The notes: generated by a model from the letters alone, not told the origin. Positions 1 through 9,025 are shown, counted from the stretch's first letter. The stretch is 64,000 nucleotides of DNA from an uncultured bacterium (GCA_937996685.1 CALKUP010000015.1:7900-71899); one strand, 5' to 3'. Numbers and translations: made by a program.

Positions 1-1165
1 GATCTTGTTCCACTTCATGCATCCGACGTTCCATCTCAAGCAGCTTGTATGGCTTTTCAATCTGACACCCACTCCCCATTCGATCACCAACACGCACTGC
101 CATTAAGTCATCAATGTGTTCTTTACCGATTCGTTTCACTAATCGACGCACACCCGCGTCACTGACTTCCCCGACACTATAAAAAAACATATGATTGCGG
201 ACCAAGTGTTCTGCGCGTTCTGTATCACGCTTGCTGAATTGTAACCGTTTGAAAATATCACGCGTCATATCAGCGCCAACGTGCTCATGGTTATGAAATG
301 TTGCGTTTGGGAACTCCCCTTCTTTGGTACGTGGTTTTCCGACATCATGTAAGAGCGCGGCGAAACGAACAATCGGATCATCCGACGGGCAATACTGCAT
401 CGCTTGCAAATTATGCATGAAGACAGAATAGATATGATGCTTGTTTTGCGCACACTGCACACCTTCTAATAATTCCGGTAAGGTGTGTTGCATGAGACCC
501 GTTTCAAACATCAACCACAATCCCCGGTAATTATTATCCGCGGCGATCGTTTTCAGCAACTCATCACGAATCCGCTCTTGAGACACTTGGGTCAGATTAT
601 TTTTTAAATCCGCAATCGCCGCTTGAGTGTCAGGCTCGAGCGCATAATCAAGCTGCGCGGCAAACCGGCAGGCGCGCATCATCCGAAGGGCATCTTCAGA
701 AAACCGTTCATGCGGGACACCAACAGTCCGAACAATTTTATTACTCAGGTCTTTTTGCCCGCCAAACAAATCCACAAGAGTCACCCCGTCAGTGGCCATC
801 GCGTTGATGGTGAAGTCACGACGCTTCAAGTCCTCTTCCAATGAATCACCAAACTCTACGACATCTGGATGCCGGCCATCAGAATAGCCTTGCTCGGTTC
901 GATATGGCGTCACTTCAATTGTTTGCGGCATATCCTCGTCATCTGTCACCCGCACCGCGACTGTTCCAAATGCATTGTTATAGAGCGTGTCTTCAAAGAC
1001 CTCTTGGATCTGCTCCGGCCGAGCATTCGTTGTCATGTCGTAATCATGCGGGACAACACCACGTAAGAGATCGCGGACACTCCCTCCAACAATGTATGCC
1101 TCAAATCCAGCGTCATTCAAACGCTTGATTGTCTGCTCTATATAATATGGAAGCTGTATGTTCAT
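1..1165 (-). CDS. cca: CCA-adding tRNA nucleotidyltransferase (poly(A) polymerase head domain plus HD domain); start codon at 1165, C-terminus runs off the window start
   Basis: Manual translation of the minus strand gives MNIQLPYYIEQTIKRLNDAGFEAYIVGGSVRDLLRG...DMTT...RDFTINAMA...LLHDVGKP, i.e. the GGSVRD nucleotidyltransferase motif and an HD motif. This ORF is absent from the supplied track because it is edge-truncated. Its ATG overlaps the stop of the upstream methyltransferase gene (ATGA). Confidence 0.8.
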   Translation of the reverse strand, partial: MNIQLPYYIEQTIKRLNDAGFEAYIVGGSVRDLLRGVVPHDYDMTTNARPEQIQEVFEDTLYNNAFGTVAVRVTDDEDMPQTIEVTPYRTEQGYSDGRHPDVVEFGDSLEEDLKRRDFTINAMATDGVTLVDLFGGQKDLSNKIVRTVGVPHERFSEDALRMMRACRFAAQLDYALEPDTQAAIADLKNNLTQVSQERIRDELLKTIAADNNYRGLWLMFETGLMQHTLPELLEGVQCAQNKHHIYSVFMHNLQAMQYCPSDDPIVRFAALLHDVGKPRTKEGEFPNATFHNHEHVGADMTRDIFKRLQFSKRDTERAEHLVRNHMFFYSVGEVSDAGVRRLVKRIGKEHIDDLMAVRVGDRMGSGCQIEKPYKLLEMERRMHEVEQD

Positions 1166-1863
1166 TTTCGTAGGATCATCCAATAATTTGTTGCTGTATA
1201 TGTTTGATTCATTTTTACTGCGGGCTTTGCACGCTTCTCTAAACACACGATCTCAAAATGTGCATACACTTCACGAAGCTCTTCTTCTGTGTAATCTTTT
1301 TGAAATTTTCCATTTGGCCAAAAGCAACTATTCAATTCTGATGCCGGACGCGCAGCAATTTGTTGCGCTTCATATTCATCATCAACTGAAACAACCTGAA
1401 CGAGCGCGTACCCTCCTGGTTTCAGGGTTCGATGCATTTCAGTTATTGCAATCATTCGACCAACTGCAGAGTCGACGTCAATTGTCGCAAATGAATCAAC
1501 GATCAAATCAAAAGAATTATCAGAGAATGACCACGTCTCATCCATTCGATGTTGCACCGCATGAATGTTTTTAGATACACCGCGCGCAATTGCTTGAGCC
1601 GCACAACCCTCAACTGCTTCGGCAACAAAATCCATTGCTGTCACAGAAAAGCCAATTGATGCTGCGTAGAGACTATTGCGCCCTTTGCCGCAACCAATAT
1701 CAAGGACGCTTCCGCTTACAACACCGCGCTCTTTGAGAAACGCAAAAAAATCCACCACACCACCGGATGGATCAAGTGGTGTATCGGCAGTTTCGGACGG
1801 CAAAAAATCACCTGCGACGTGCTCTTGCTGCCAAATAGAAAATTGGTTGTCTGATTGAGACAT
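1162..1863 (-). CDS. class I SAM-dependent methyltransferase
   Basis: 233-aa ORF with the glycine-rich SAM-binding motif VLDIGCGKGRN followed by an acidic residue (AMDF). It is translationally coupled to cca. Confidence 0.8.
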   Translation of the reverse strand: MSQSDNQFSIWQQEHVAGDFLPSETADTPLDPSGGVVDFFAFLKERGVVSGSVLDIGCGKGRNSLYAASIGFSVTAMDFVAEAVEGCAAQAIARGVSKNIHAVQHRMDETWSFSDNSFDLIVDSFATIDVDSAVGRMIAITEMHRTLKPGGYALVQVVSVDDEYEAQQIAARPASELNSCFWPNGKFQKDYTEEELREVYAHFEIVCLEKRAKPAVKMNQTYTATNYWMILRK

Positions 1864-1889
1864 ATATAAATGTCACTAATTATCTCTGT

Positions 1890-1962
1890 GTCCCGGACAC
1901 GATTCGAACGTGTGACCGCCAGCTTAGAAGGCTGATGCTCTATCCAACTGAGCTACCGGGAC
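1890..1962 (-). tRNA. tRNA-Arg (anticodon TCT)
   Basis: The reverse complement GTCCCGGTAGCTCAGTTGGATAGAGCATCAGCCTTCTAAGCTGG...GGTCACACGTTCGAATCGTGTCCGGGAC folds as a cloverleaf with a 7-bp acceptor stem, GTTCGAATC T-loop and anticodon loop CTTCTAA. CCA is not encoded. Confidence 0.85.
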
Positions 1963-2133
1963 AAAAAATTGAATGTACAAAAATGTATATGGATACTATG
2001 TTTTTTTTACCACTTGGTCAATGAATGGTGAGTGGTATATCAAACCGCATCTATACTTTTTCAACACCATCACGCGCGACCCTTCCATTGTTTTTAGAAA
2101 TGTGTATGATACCCTCATACACCCCGATAGCGT

Positions 2134-3627
2134 ATGCAGATTTTTATTCATGGATTTATTTACACAGGCAGCGAAACCGAATGGGCGGACGCTCTTGTCA
2201 TTGACGGTGCTGGCATGATCTTGGCAGTTGGGTCACAAGAAGATCTACAGCGACGCTTCCCGAACGCGATTACAGAAGACCTGAACGGACAATATCTCTT
2301 CCCTGGTTTTATCGACGCACATTCACATCCTGCAATATTTTGTCGGGAAATTCGTGATCCCAATTTTGGCAACGTGCGCAACTGGAACATCGCGCGTTCT
2401 CACATTCAAGAATATATTCAAGCACACCCGAATCGTCCGTGGTATGTCATTTTTGGTTGGAATGAAAAAAAATGGGGCGAGCTCACTCAAGATATCCTCG
2501 ACACGGTGACCACAGACCACCCTCTCTTTATTATTCACGAATCAAATCAAAAGGGTGTTATTAACTCAATCGGAATTGAGACAATTCATGACACAGAAAA
2601 ACGACTTCGTCATACGAACGGTGTGATTCACGAACAAGATTTTCGGCGCGTACAAAAATACACCTTTCCATCATACGATGAAATCCTCACGCTCTTGCCA
2701 CGCTACCTGCGACAGATGCGACTCAACGGAACAACGACAGTCCACGACATGTTAGTCATGAGCATTGATCAGCTGCATGCATACATCACCCTTGATCAAG
2801 CAGGCCTCCTCCCATTAGAAGTCATTGTCTACCTCCATGAATCACTGCTGCACCACCCGGACATTGAAACGTACTTAAAATATACCGGCAAACACCTCAC
2901 GGTCGCGGGAATCAAAGTGTTCATCGACGGGACTGTTCGTGAGCACACTGCCCTGTTCCATGAACCATACAGCGATGGGATTGGCGGCACAGGACTTGCC
3001 AACGTCAGTGAAGAGACGATGCAAGAAATGATTGAACATGCGCAAGAGCTTGGTTTGCGAGATATTGCATTCCACGCCATTGGTGATGCTGGAGTGACTC
3101 GAGCAATTGACATGATTGAGTCGTATAAAAAAAATCAGCCCGACAGTCCGTTGCAATTTCGGATCGAGCACGCTGAATTTGTCCGACCTGCTGATTACAG
3201 CCGATTACATGATTTGGGCATTCGCGTTGTCGTTGAACTGACCAACGTTCTTGATCGCTTTCGATATGCTGACCGACTCGGATCACGCACCAAAGAAATC
3301 AACCGCTTAAAAGACTTGCGCGAAGCTGGCGTCTTTATCGGCACCGGCACAGAAGACAAAGGCATCACCCCAATGGGCGCCATTGCAGAAGCCGCAAAAA
3401 ATGACCTCCTCTCTGCACAGCGAATCTCAATTCACGATGGCTTTGAATTATTCCTCTCAGCTGGCGCAACACTCTCTCTGATGGATCAATTTATTGGATC
3501 ACTCGCGCCAGGCAAACGCGCAGACATGATGCTTTTGAGCGGAAATCCGTTTGAACGAGGCATTCAGCTACAGAGCGTTACGATCACCCAAACATGGTTT
3601 TCTGGCATCCCACAAAACATCCAATAG
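2134..3627 (+). CDS. metal-dependent amidohydrolase family protein
   Basis: 497-aa ORF with N-terminal FPGFIDAHSHP (the HxH metal-binding motif of the amidohydrolase superfamily) and later FHAIGD and IEHAEF motifs. Confidence 0.75.
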   Translation: MQIFIHGFIYTGSETEWADALVIDGAGMILAVGSQEDLQRRFPNAITEDLNGQYLFPGFIDAHSHPAIFCREIRDPNFGNVRNWNIARSHIQEYIQAHPNRPWYVIFGWNEKKWGELTQDILDTVTTDHPLFIIHESNQKGVINSIGIETIHDTEKRLRHTNGVIHEQDFRRVQKYTFPSYDEILTLLPRYLRQMRLNGTTTVHDMLVMSIDQLHAYITLDQAGLLPLEVIVYLHESLLHHPDIETYLKYTGKHLTVAGIKVFIDGTVREHTALFHEPYSDGIGGTGLANVSEETMQEMIEHAQELGLRDIAFHAIGDAGVTRAIDMIESYKKNQPDSPLQFRIEHAEFVRPADYSRLHDLGIRVVVELTNVLDRFRYADRLGSRTKEINRLKDLREAGVFIGTGTEDKGITPMGAIAEAAKNDLLSAQRISIHDGFELFLSAGATLSLMDQFIGSLAPGKRADMMLLSGNPFERGIQLQSVTITQTWFSGIPQNIQ

Positions 3628-3679
3628 TGCGACTATTGCATTTTTTTTTATTTTTGATATAGTAAGTCACGCAATTTAT

Positions 3680-3754
3680 GGTGGCTATAGCTCAGTTGGT
3701 TAGAGCATCGGTTTGTGGTACCGGGGGTCGTGGGTTCAAGTCCCATTAGCCACC
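3680..3754 (+). tRNA. tRNA-His (anticodon GTG) with encoded G-1
   Basis: GGTGGCTATAGCTCAGTTGGTTAGAGCATCGGTTTGTGGTACCGGGGGTCGTGGGTTCAAGTCCCATTAGCCACC. The anticodon loop TTGTGGT gives GTG. The extra 5' G pairs with discriminator C73, as is typical of tRNA-His. Confidence 0.85.
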
Positions 3755-3768
3755 CATGAAAAGAAAGG

Positions 3769-3792
3769 ATGTCCCTCAGGGGGCATTTTTTC
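3769..3792 (+). terminator. intrinsic terminator after tRNA-His and the amidohydrolase gene
   Basis: Hairpin ATGTCCC-TCAG-GGGGCAT (7 bp with one G-U wobble) followed by TTTTTT. Confidence 0.6.
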
Positions 3793-4114
3793 TTTTCATT
3801 TGTTGAATAAATGGACTTGAAGGGTATCCGAGATGACTGCCAAATGGCAGTCGACGAGGAACCCAGGTTTTGAAGGAGATGTGAGCCATGCCGCAAAGCG
3901 GCGGAGCGAGCATCGGGTGAAAAAAAGTCCCACCTATACCTTTATAAAATATTAGCTATCAAGAATAGGACTTCGATCGTATATTTGATTTGTTTATCAA
4001 AACAAGGTTCAATAGCTATATAACATTGTCGGAAAACCTTTTGCATCACAACAAATTAATATAATTTATATACTATATTCATACTTAAAATAAACATAAT
4101 ACATACTATTAATT

Positions 4115-4375
4115 ATGCAATTTATTAAAAAAACACTCGCTCATTTTACCGATATAATGCTTGTCGCAATATTAATTGTACTTATTTTAATTCTTCAAAA
4201 AATACCGCCTGCACAACATTTCTTAACTGCAAATGAAGCGGCGAATGCAAAAATTAACCCACGAGATCTACCTGCGGTTTATATTAAAAATAGCTCACTG
4301 ACTATCGACGGAACTGTAGATGTAGAAAAAATACAAGATAGGGTTGATGTAAAAATTGACGATAGTTTATTTTAG
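4115..4375 (+). CDS. hypothetical small membrane-anchored protein
   Basis: 86-aa ORF with an N-terminal hydrophobic helix, in a ~30% GC stretch. No homology recognised. Confidence 0.4.
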   Translation: MQFIKKTLAHFTDIMLVAILIVLILILQKIPPAQHFLTANEAANAKINPRDLPAVYIKNSSLTIDGTVDVEKIQDRVDVKIDDSLF

Positions 4376-4414
4376 ATATCGATAATTATAATAAACATTC
4401 AATACAATATTTGT

Positions 4415-4669
4415 ATGCTAAAGAACATTTTAAAAAAAATCCCTTGGGTTAAATTAGTGCTTATTTTAATAATTGTTTTAAGTGTTGTGTTTATTTTTTA
4501 TTGGTATTCATGGCAACCAACTGAAGCGCGGAAATCGTGCGACAATGAAGCAAGAGAGGGAGTAAAATCAAACATAGAAAAAAAGAACATAGAAAATAGC
4601 AGCGACCTCTACAGTACTTATACTACTTATTATGAGCGATGTTTGCATCAAAAAGGTTTAGCTAAATAG
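4415..4669 (+). CDS. hypothetical small membrane-anchored protein
   Basis: 84-aa ORF with an N-terminal TM helix, AT-rich, in tandem with the previous ORF. Confidence 0.4.
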   Translation: MLKNILKKIPWVKLVLILIIVLSVVFIFYWYSWQPTEARKSCDNEAREGVKSNIEKKNIENSSDLYSTYTTYYERCLHQKGLAK

Positions 4670-4735
4670 TAGAAGTATCTTCTATAACATTGAAACAAGA
4701 ACCTAATATTATAATCGAGGCACTTGCATTGTTTT

Positions 4736-5377
4736 TTACCAACTCGTTGAAATAGCAAATACCACCAGAAAAATAATACCTAGTCTAAACGTAACATTAA
4801 TATAACTAGGAAGTGCCTGATTAATTTTTTCAGCTGATTTTCTTTTTTGACTTGCCAACTCTTTTTGTTTTTCAAAAAACTGTAGATTGTTTGTCGTACT
4901 TTTTTTGTCTTCCTCTAAAGTCCCATCCCGCATAACTAACATTCCCAGTTCATGTAATGCAAGTTTGTTTTTCTTATCGCGCGCTTCAAAATCAGCGTAA
5001 TCACTCATAGTGTCCCAATACATGGCATCGAGATGACGTTTCGAGAATAAGAGCACTAAAGCAATCGTAATCGCAAAAAATATCCACGCGAGCCAAAGTG
5101 TATGAATGTTTGTTAAAAAGCATAATATCACCACTCGATTTAAATCATCAATTTTATCAATATAAGAAACCGACAATGCAATCGCGCCACCAGAAACCGT
5201 GCCTATATACGCGTAAAATTTAGCATACTCATTCAAAGTACTGCGGTTAGCGGTTTCAATTTTCTCTTTGTGTAACGGCCGTTTTTTATCAAGCTCTCGA
5301 CGCTCTTCCGCCACATCTTGTATCTGCAATTCTTTGTCCATAGGAATAAATCTACCATATACATTTATATGTTCCAA
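4736..5377 (-). CDS. hypothetical membrane protein
   Basis: 213-aa ORF with two central hydrophobic helices. No recognisable domain. Confidence 0.5.
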   Translation of the reverse strand: MEHINVYGRFIPMDKELQIQDVAEERRELDKKRPLHKEKIETANRSTLNEYAKFYAYIGTVSGGAIALSVSYIDKIDDLNRVVILCFLTNIHTLWLAWIFFAITIALVLLFSKRHLDAMYWDTMSDYADFEARDKKNKLALHELGMLVMRDGTLEEDKKSTTNNLQFFEKQKELASQKRKSAEKINQALPSYINVTFRLGIIFLVVFAISTSW

Positions 5378-5714
5378 GGATATTTATTTATTTGGTTACG
5401 CAAGTGCTTTGTTGAGACTGAAAGATATGCCATGTTAGTTGATATAACTGCATGTCCCTTCACGCAGAATTTGAAACTTTCCGCTTCTACTAAACATATA
5501 ACAATTCAGTCCGAACCTCATCCAGCAACCGACCGATGATAAGAAATGAACTTGAAGGGCATTGGCCGCTCAAGTGTTGTCTAAGGAAAATATAACCAAA
5601 GTTCTATAGAAAAACTCCGCTTCAAATGTAGATTTTTTTGATATAAAAAAAGGGTGACGAGGAGACGGCATCGACGAGCGCACAATTGCACTTGAAGTTG
5701 CCGCCCCCCGAGGC

Positions 5715-5960
5715 TCACTGCGGGACGCCGGGATTGGCGAGGTGGAACGCAAGCTTCACAACGAGAAGGCAGAGGATCATCGTCCCCAGACCACTCACCA
5801 TCCCACCCGCGCTGATGCTACCGAGCCTGTAGGACTTCGAACGGATGACGACCAAGCGACCGGGCTGCAGTGCCCCGATCACGCCGAAGATGGTCCCTGT
5901 GCCAAGACCAAGAGCCGCGCCGATCAGGCAGATCGGTTGTACGAGACCAAGGAGCTCCAT
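5715..5960 (-). CDS. small glycine-rich two-TM membrane protein (cassette copy 1); ends ...LAFHLANPGVPQ, loosely reminiscent of ATP synthase c-subunit C-termini but lacks the carboxylate
   Basis: 81-aa ORF in a GC-rich (~62%) stretch with a strong SD (AAAGGAGGAAGCC-ATG), GxxxG-rich TM1 and a second TM. Paralogous to 9550..9765, sharing an SxxYxLGxIS motif. Confidence 0.6.
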   Translation of the reverse strand: MELLGLVQPICLIGAALGLGTGTIFGVIGALQPGRLVVIRSKSYRLGSISAGGMVSGLGTMILCLLVVKLAFHLANPGVPQ

Positions 5961-6048
5961 GGCTTCCTCCTTTTGTAAGATGTCGCCTTGTTAAGTAAGC
6001 GACTACCATGGGTATTGCCAGCCTACCCCTAACAGCTGTTTTGTCAAC
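5961..6048 (-). promoter_or_regulatory. promoter (TTGACA-17-TAGGCT) plus conserved ~53-nt structured 5' leader of cassette copy 1
   Basis: Minus-strand read: TTGACAAAACAGC...TAGGCT...CCAUGGUAGUCGCUUACUUAACAAGGCGACAUCUUACAAAAGGAGGAAGCCAUGG. It has a GUCGCU/GGCGAC hairpin and two self-complementary CCAUGG sites, one at the start codon. About 87% identical to the leader of the paralog at 9766..9852. Confidence 0.5.
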
Positions 6049-6100
6049 GACAACAAGAATGCCGTGGAACATTAATCCACGCTTCCTCAACAAGCCGAAC

Positions 6101-6478
6101 TCAATGATTGTGGTCTGGTGTAAAAAATGTTATTTCAAATCCTTCAGGGTCAGCTATACAAAACGATGTGTCCCCCCAATCATTTTTCCGTATTGGAAAA
6201 ATAACACTTTCATCATCCTTAAACTTTTCCCAGATTGCATGCACATTGGAAACCCGCAAAGAAATATCGTTGCTGTAGGCCGCTCCATCACTTTGATGCG
6301 CGTCAGATAAAAGCTCAATAATGCCACTCCCCGTATCAAACATTACACCGCGATGCGCAGGACCATCATTCCATTCTGTACGTACGGAAAATCCAAGTGT
6401 GTCAGCATAAAATGCCCGAACACGATCAAAATACTTTGGGTATAATTTTAAACGAAATTCTAAAACGTCAATTTTCAT
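6101..6478 (-). CDS. VOC family protein (glyoxalase/bleomycin-resistance fold)
   Basis: 125-aa ORF whose length and motif spacing (MKIDVLEFRLKLYPKYFDRVRAFYADTLGF...GIIELL) fit a single VOC fold. Confidence 0.7.
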   Translation of the reverse strand: MKIDVLEFRLKLYPKYFDRVRAFYADTLGFSVRTEWNDGPAHRGVMFDTGSGIIELLSDAHQSDGAAYSNDISLRVSNVHAIWEKFKDDESVIFPIRKNDWGDTSFCIADPEGFEITFFTPDHNH

Positions 6479-6491
6479 AAGGGAATTCTAC

Positions 6492-6558
6492 AGGTTCTTA
6501 CTTCGTCCAGCAACCAACCTCATGATAAAAAAGGATGTCCTTCAGAGGCATTTTTTTG
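6492..6558 (+). repeat. degenerate copy of the tRNA-His 3' end plus its terminator (att-like direct repeat)
   Basis: CAGGTTCTTACTTCGTCCAGCAACCAACCTCATGATAAAAAAGGATGTCCTTCAGAGGCATTTTTTT aligns with 3732..3792 (TGGGTTCAAGTCCCATTAGCCACCCATGAAAAGAAAGGATGTCCCTCAGGGGGCATTTTTT). The terminator hairpin is preserved. Confidence 0.55.
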
Positions 6559-6576
6559 GAGCGCACTGTGCCTCAC

Positions 6577-7587
6577 CTACATCACTGACGGCAATACATC
6601 TTTAAACTGCTTAAAATGTTGCAACGCCCGATCCTGCAGCATTCTCTCTACCTCATCATTTTCCGCTCCCTCCTGATTTACAAAACGAACCAATATTGCC
6701 TTGCTATTTCTTTTGAGCTCATCAATAACCTCCTGAATATCTTGAACATACTGAGTGATAATTTCTTTAGCTTCCTGGATAGAGCACTGTAATTCTGTCG
6801 CGATACTATTCACAGTATTTTCATCAATACTATCGATATTGATATCTTGAATAGATGTATTTTCAGTTAACATTGAAAAAAGATACCATTCCAATTTTGG
6901 TGAATCAAGATACGAACCAAACACACCGCCATATATCAAATCAATCTGCACCAACTCCGCGAGCAACCATTCCTTCTCAATGGGCTCGTTACTATAGATG
7001 CGCTCTATATCAAAATGCTCATTTTCAACAAGCAATGAAGTCTTCTCTTTTTCAGCGTAAATAGTGGGTGATATAAACGCATGTGCTTGTGGCATTGCCG
7101 CATACAAACGTTGTTCCGCTGTATGACACTCCTCCATCGCCTCTCTATACTCCACTTCTAAATCATATCCAATATTTCGTAGCAGGATTGGATTTTTCTT
7201 ACACGTCTCAATCTGCTCTGGCGTTGCATTCCGCGGATAGAGCACGCCAAAATTCAACACATATTCAAATTTATCCATAGCCGACATACGCATCGGTCGA
7301 CCGTCCTTTCCAACACCTTCATCGGAAGTCCATTCAAATCCTGGAATGACGTAATTATGTGCGTCAAGAAATGTAAAAATCTTTTTTCTTATGTGACTTA
7401 GTGCTGTTTTATATGGCTGCAGTTCTGTTTTCAGAGAGGCATCCCAATTCTCCATTGCACTTGCGTATTCCATATCATTGCTCACCTTCTGGTGTACGAC
7501 TGGATTATTCATTTCTTCCCGAAAAAAAGCCCATGTACTATCAGCTTTTTCAGAATCAAACGCAATATATTGTATATCTATACTCAT
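6577..7587 (-). CDS. hypothetical protein
   Basis: The track ORF runs to a GTG at 7695. I prefer the ATG at 7587 (MSIDIQYIAF...) because the GTG start would overlap the divergent promoter region of the 7734 gene. No known domain. Confidence 0.5.
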   Translation of the reverse strand: MSIDIQYIAFDSEKADSTWAFFREEMNNPVVHQKVSNDMEYASAMENWDASLKTELQPYKTALSHIRKKIFTFLDAHNYVIPGFEWTSDEGVGKDGRPMRMSAMDKFEYVLNFGVLYPRNATPEQIETCKKNPILLRNIGYDLEVEYREAMEECHTAEQRLYAAMPQAHAFISPTIYAEKEKTSLLVENEHFDIERIYSNEPIEKEWLLAELVQIDLIYGGVFGSYLDSPKLEWYLFSMLTENTSIQDINIDSIDENTVNSIATELQCSIQEAKEIITQYVQDIQEVIDELKRNSKAILVRFVNQEGAENDEVERMLQDRALQHFKQFKDVLPSVM

Positions 7588-7733
7588 AGATCGATTGTAG
7601 TTGAGCGGCAATGTACTGTAAAGGACGTCTTTAAGATAAAAAAATAATCTGAGAGCGATGCCTTGATTTTTTAGCTCCGTTATTGTACACCACACCTACC
7701 GCAGTTTTGATCTCAACAGACACGGAGGTTCAC

Positions 7734-8177
7734 ATGCCTATTGTCCGGACCCTGAAACCTCATTGCGGCTACACTCGCCTCATGCTCCACAACACGTGGC
7801 GCAAGGATTGTGGCTTGTACTGGTTCATCGTGTTGCAGCTCGAGGACGATCTCCTGATCATTCTCTCGAATACCGAAGGAGAGCTCGCTCCAACAATTCG
7901 TCAACTGGCTCACAAGGCCATTGAGATGGAAATGGAGCCAATGAAGACGGACTCGCTGTTCACCGACATAATGCGCATCAACCCCGAAGCGCTGCCTATC
8001 GTTGCGACCGGTGCCCTGCACGTGTACAAGAGCGTTCTAGAGTCATACGGCTCCGATCAAGAGCTTTGGGATCGACGCGTTCTCTGGGCGCCGCACTCCC
8101 TAAACACAATGCTTTTAGATGTGCAACTCAACGACGCTGTCCAGGCAGGGATCGAGGAATTCCTCTGCCAGGACTAG
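7734..8177 (+). CDS. hypothetical protein encoded in a GC-rich (~57%) insert
   Basis: ATG at 7734 preceded by a GGAGG SD at -7. The track start (TTG at 7683) is less likely. A GCGGA/TCCGC hairpin plus T-run terminator follows at about 8192-8225. Confidence 0.55.
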   Translation: MPIVRTLKPHCGYTRLMLHNTWRKDCGLYWFIVLQLEDDLLIILSNTEGELAPTIRQLAHKAIEMEMEPMKTDSLFTDIMRINPEALPIVATGALHVYKSVLESYGSDQELWDRRVLWAPHSLNTMLLDVQLNDAVQAGIEEFLCQD

Positions 8178-8309
8178 GCGCTACCGGTCATAAAAAATCA
8201 CAGCACAATTTACTGTCGTTTGCGGACCTGACCACTCCGCTTTTTTTCTTATTATGATTTTTTGCTTCTCAATTTTATCTAGACTATACTAAAAAAATCT
8301 ACATACACT

Positions 8310-8888
8310 ATGAAATATCAAACACCTCTCATTGCAACAACCACCTTTTTAGGAGTCATTGTTCTCATAGGAATCTATCAATATGCCTTTAACAGTGACG
8401 GTGATCTATTTGATGCGTTACAATCATCATCTGCCGTCGAAACAACGTTTCATGAAAATACAGACAGGATAAATCAAATTCATACAACTACCAAGGAAAC
8501 GAACCAGAGCTTTTATTTGCGACCATGGACAACAGGCTGCATCAACACCCTTGATACACAATGCGTAGAAAAATCAGCACTAGACAGCATTGGTTTGCTT
8601 GCCTTTAAAACCGATCCGAAATTCAAACAGGTAGAGCACCTGAAAGAGTTTGGTGAATCAACTTGGTTTACATTTGATGAGCGAAAACATTTTGATAAAC
8701 GTCGAGAAATTGGCATCGTTCTTGTAGACGACCCTGACTCTTTTATCAAAACATTGCACGACTCTCCTTTTTACGAAAACATCGATCAGCTCGACAAACA
8801 CATTACAGAACACCCAACCGCAACCAGTTACGCATTTGCCCGTATAGAAAATGGTGTATACGTTTTTTATCAATACACGCCATATTAG
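8310..8888 (+). CDS. hypothetical membrane-anchored exported protein
   Basis: 192-aa ORF with an N-terminal TM helix (TTTFLGVIVLIGIY). No recognised domain. Confidence 0.55.
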   Translation: MKYQTPLIATTTFLGVIVLIGIYQYAFNSDGDLFDALQSSSAVETTFHENTDRINQIHTTTKETNQSFYLRPWTTGCINTLDTQCVEKSALDSIGLLAFKTDPKFKQVEHLKEFGESTWFTFDERKHFDKRREIGIVLVDDPDSFIKTLHDSPFYENIDQLDKHITEHPTATSYAFARIENGVYVFYQYTPY

Positions 8889-9025
8889 TTCAGTGGATAT
8901 ACAGTTCTCTTTTTTTTATAACGAACCTACACTCTTCCCTGTCATTTCATATAGATTTATATGTCTCTGTATGCTTAAATACAGGTATTATTTAATATAC
9001 GTATTTATTCAATATTCTACACACT

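Noticed and set aside
3648-3896. 82-aa minus-strand ORF overlapping tRNA-His and the GC-rich structured segment downstream
   Set aside because: It runs antisense straight through the tRNA gene and its terminator. There is no SD or promoter context, so it is most likely spurious. The segment 3800-3910 (hairpins GACTGCC-AAAT-GGCAGTC and GCCGC-AAA-GCGGC) may instead be a small RNA or integrase-arm remnant. I looked for RNase P, SRP and tmRNA signatures and found none.
5318-6093. ORFs 5318..5539 (+), 5742..5978 (+) and 5818..6093 (-) overlapping the small-membrane-protein cassette
   Set aside because: They overlap the better-supported 5715..5960 gene and its conserved leader. 5818..6093 merely reads through the leader in another frame.
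7587-7695. GTG-initiated N-terminal extension of the 6577.. gene
   Set aside because: The extension would overlap the promoter and 5' end of the divergent 7734 gene. The internal ATG at 7587 is the more parsimonious start, though this is not certain.
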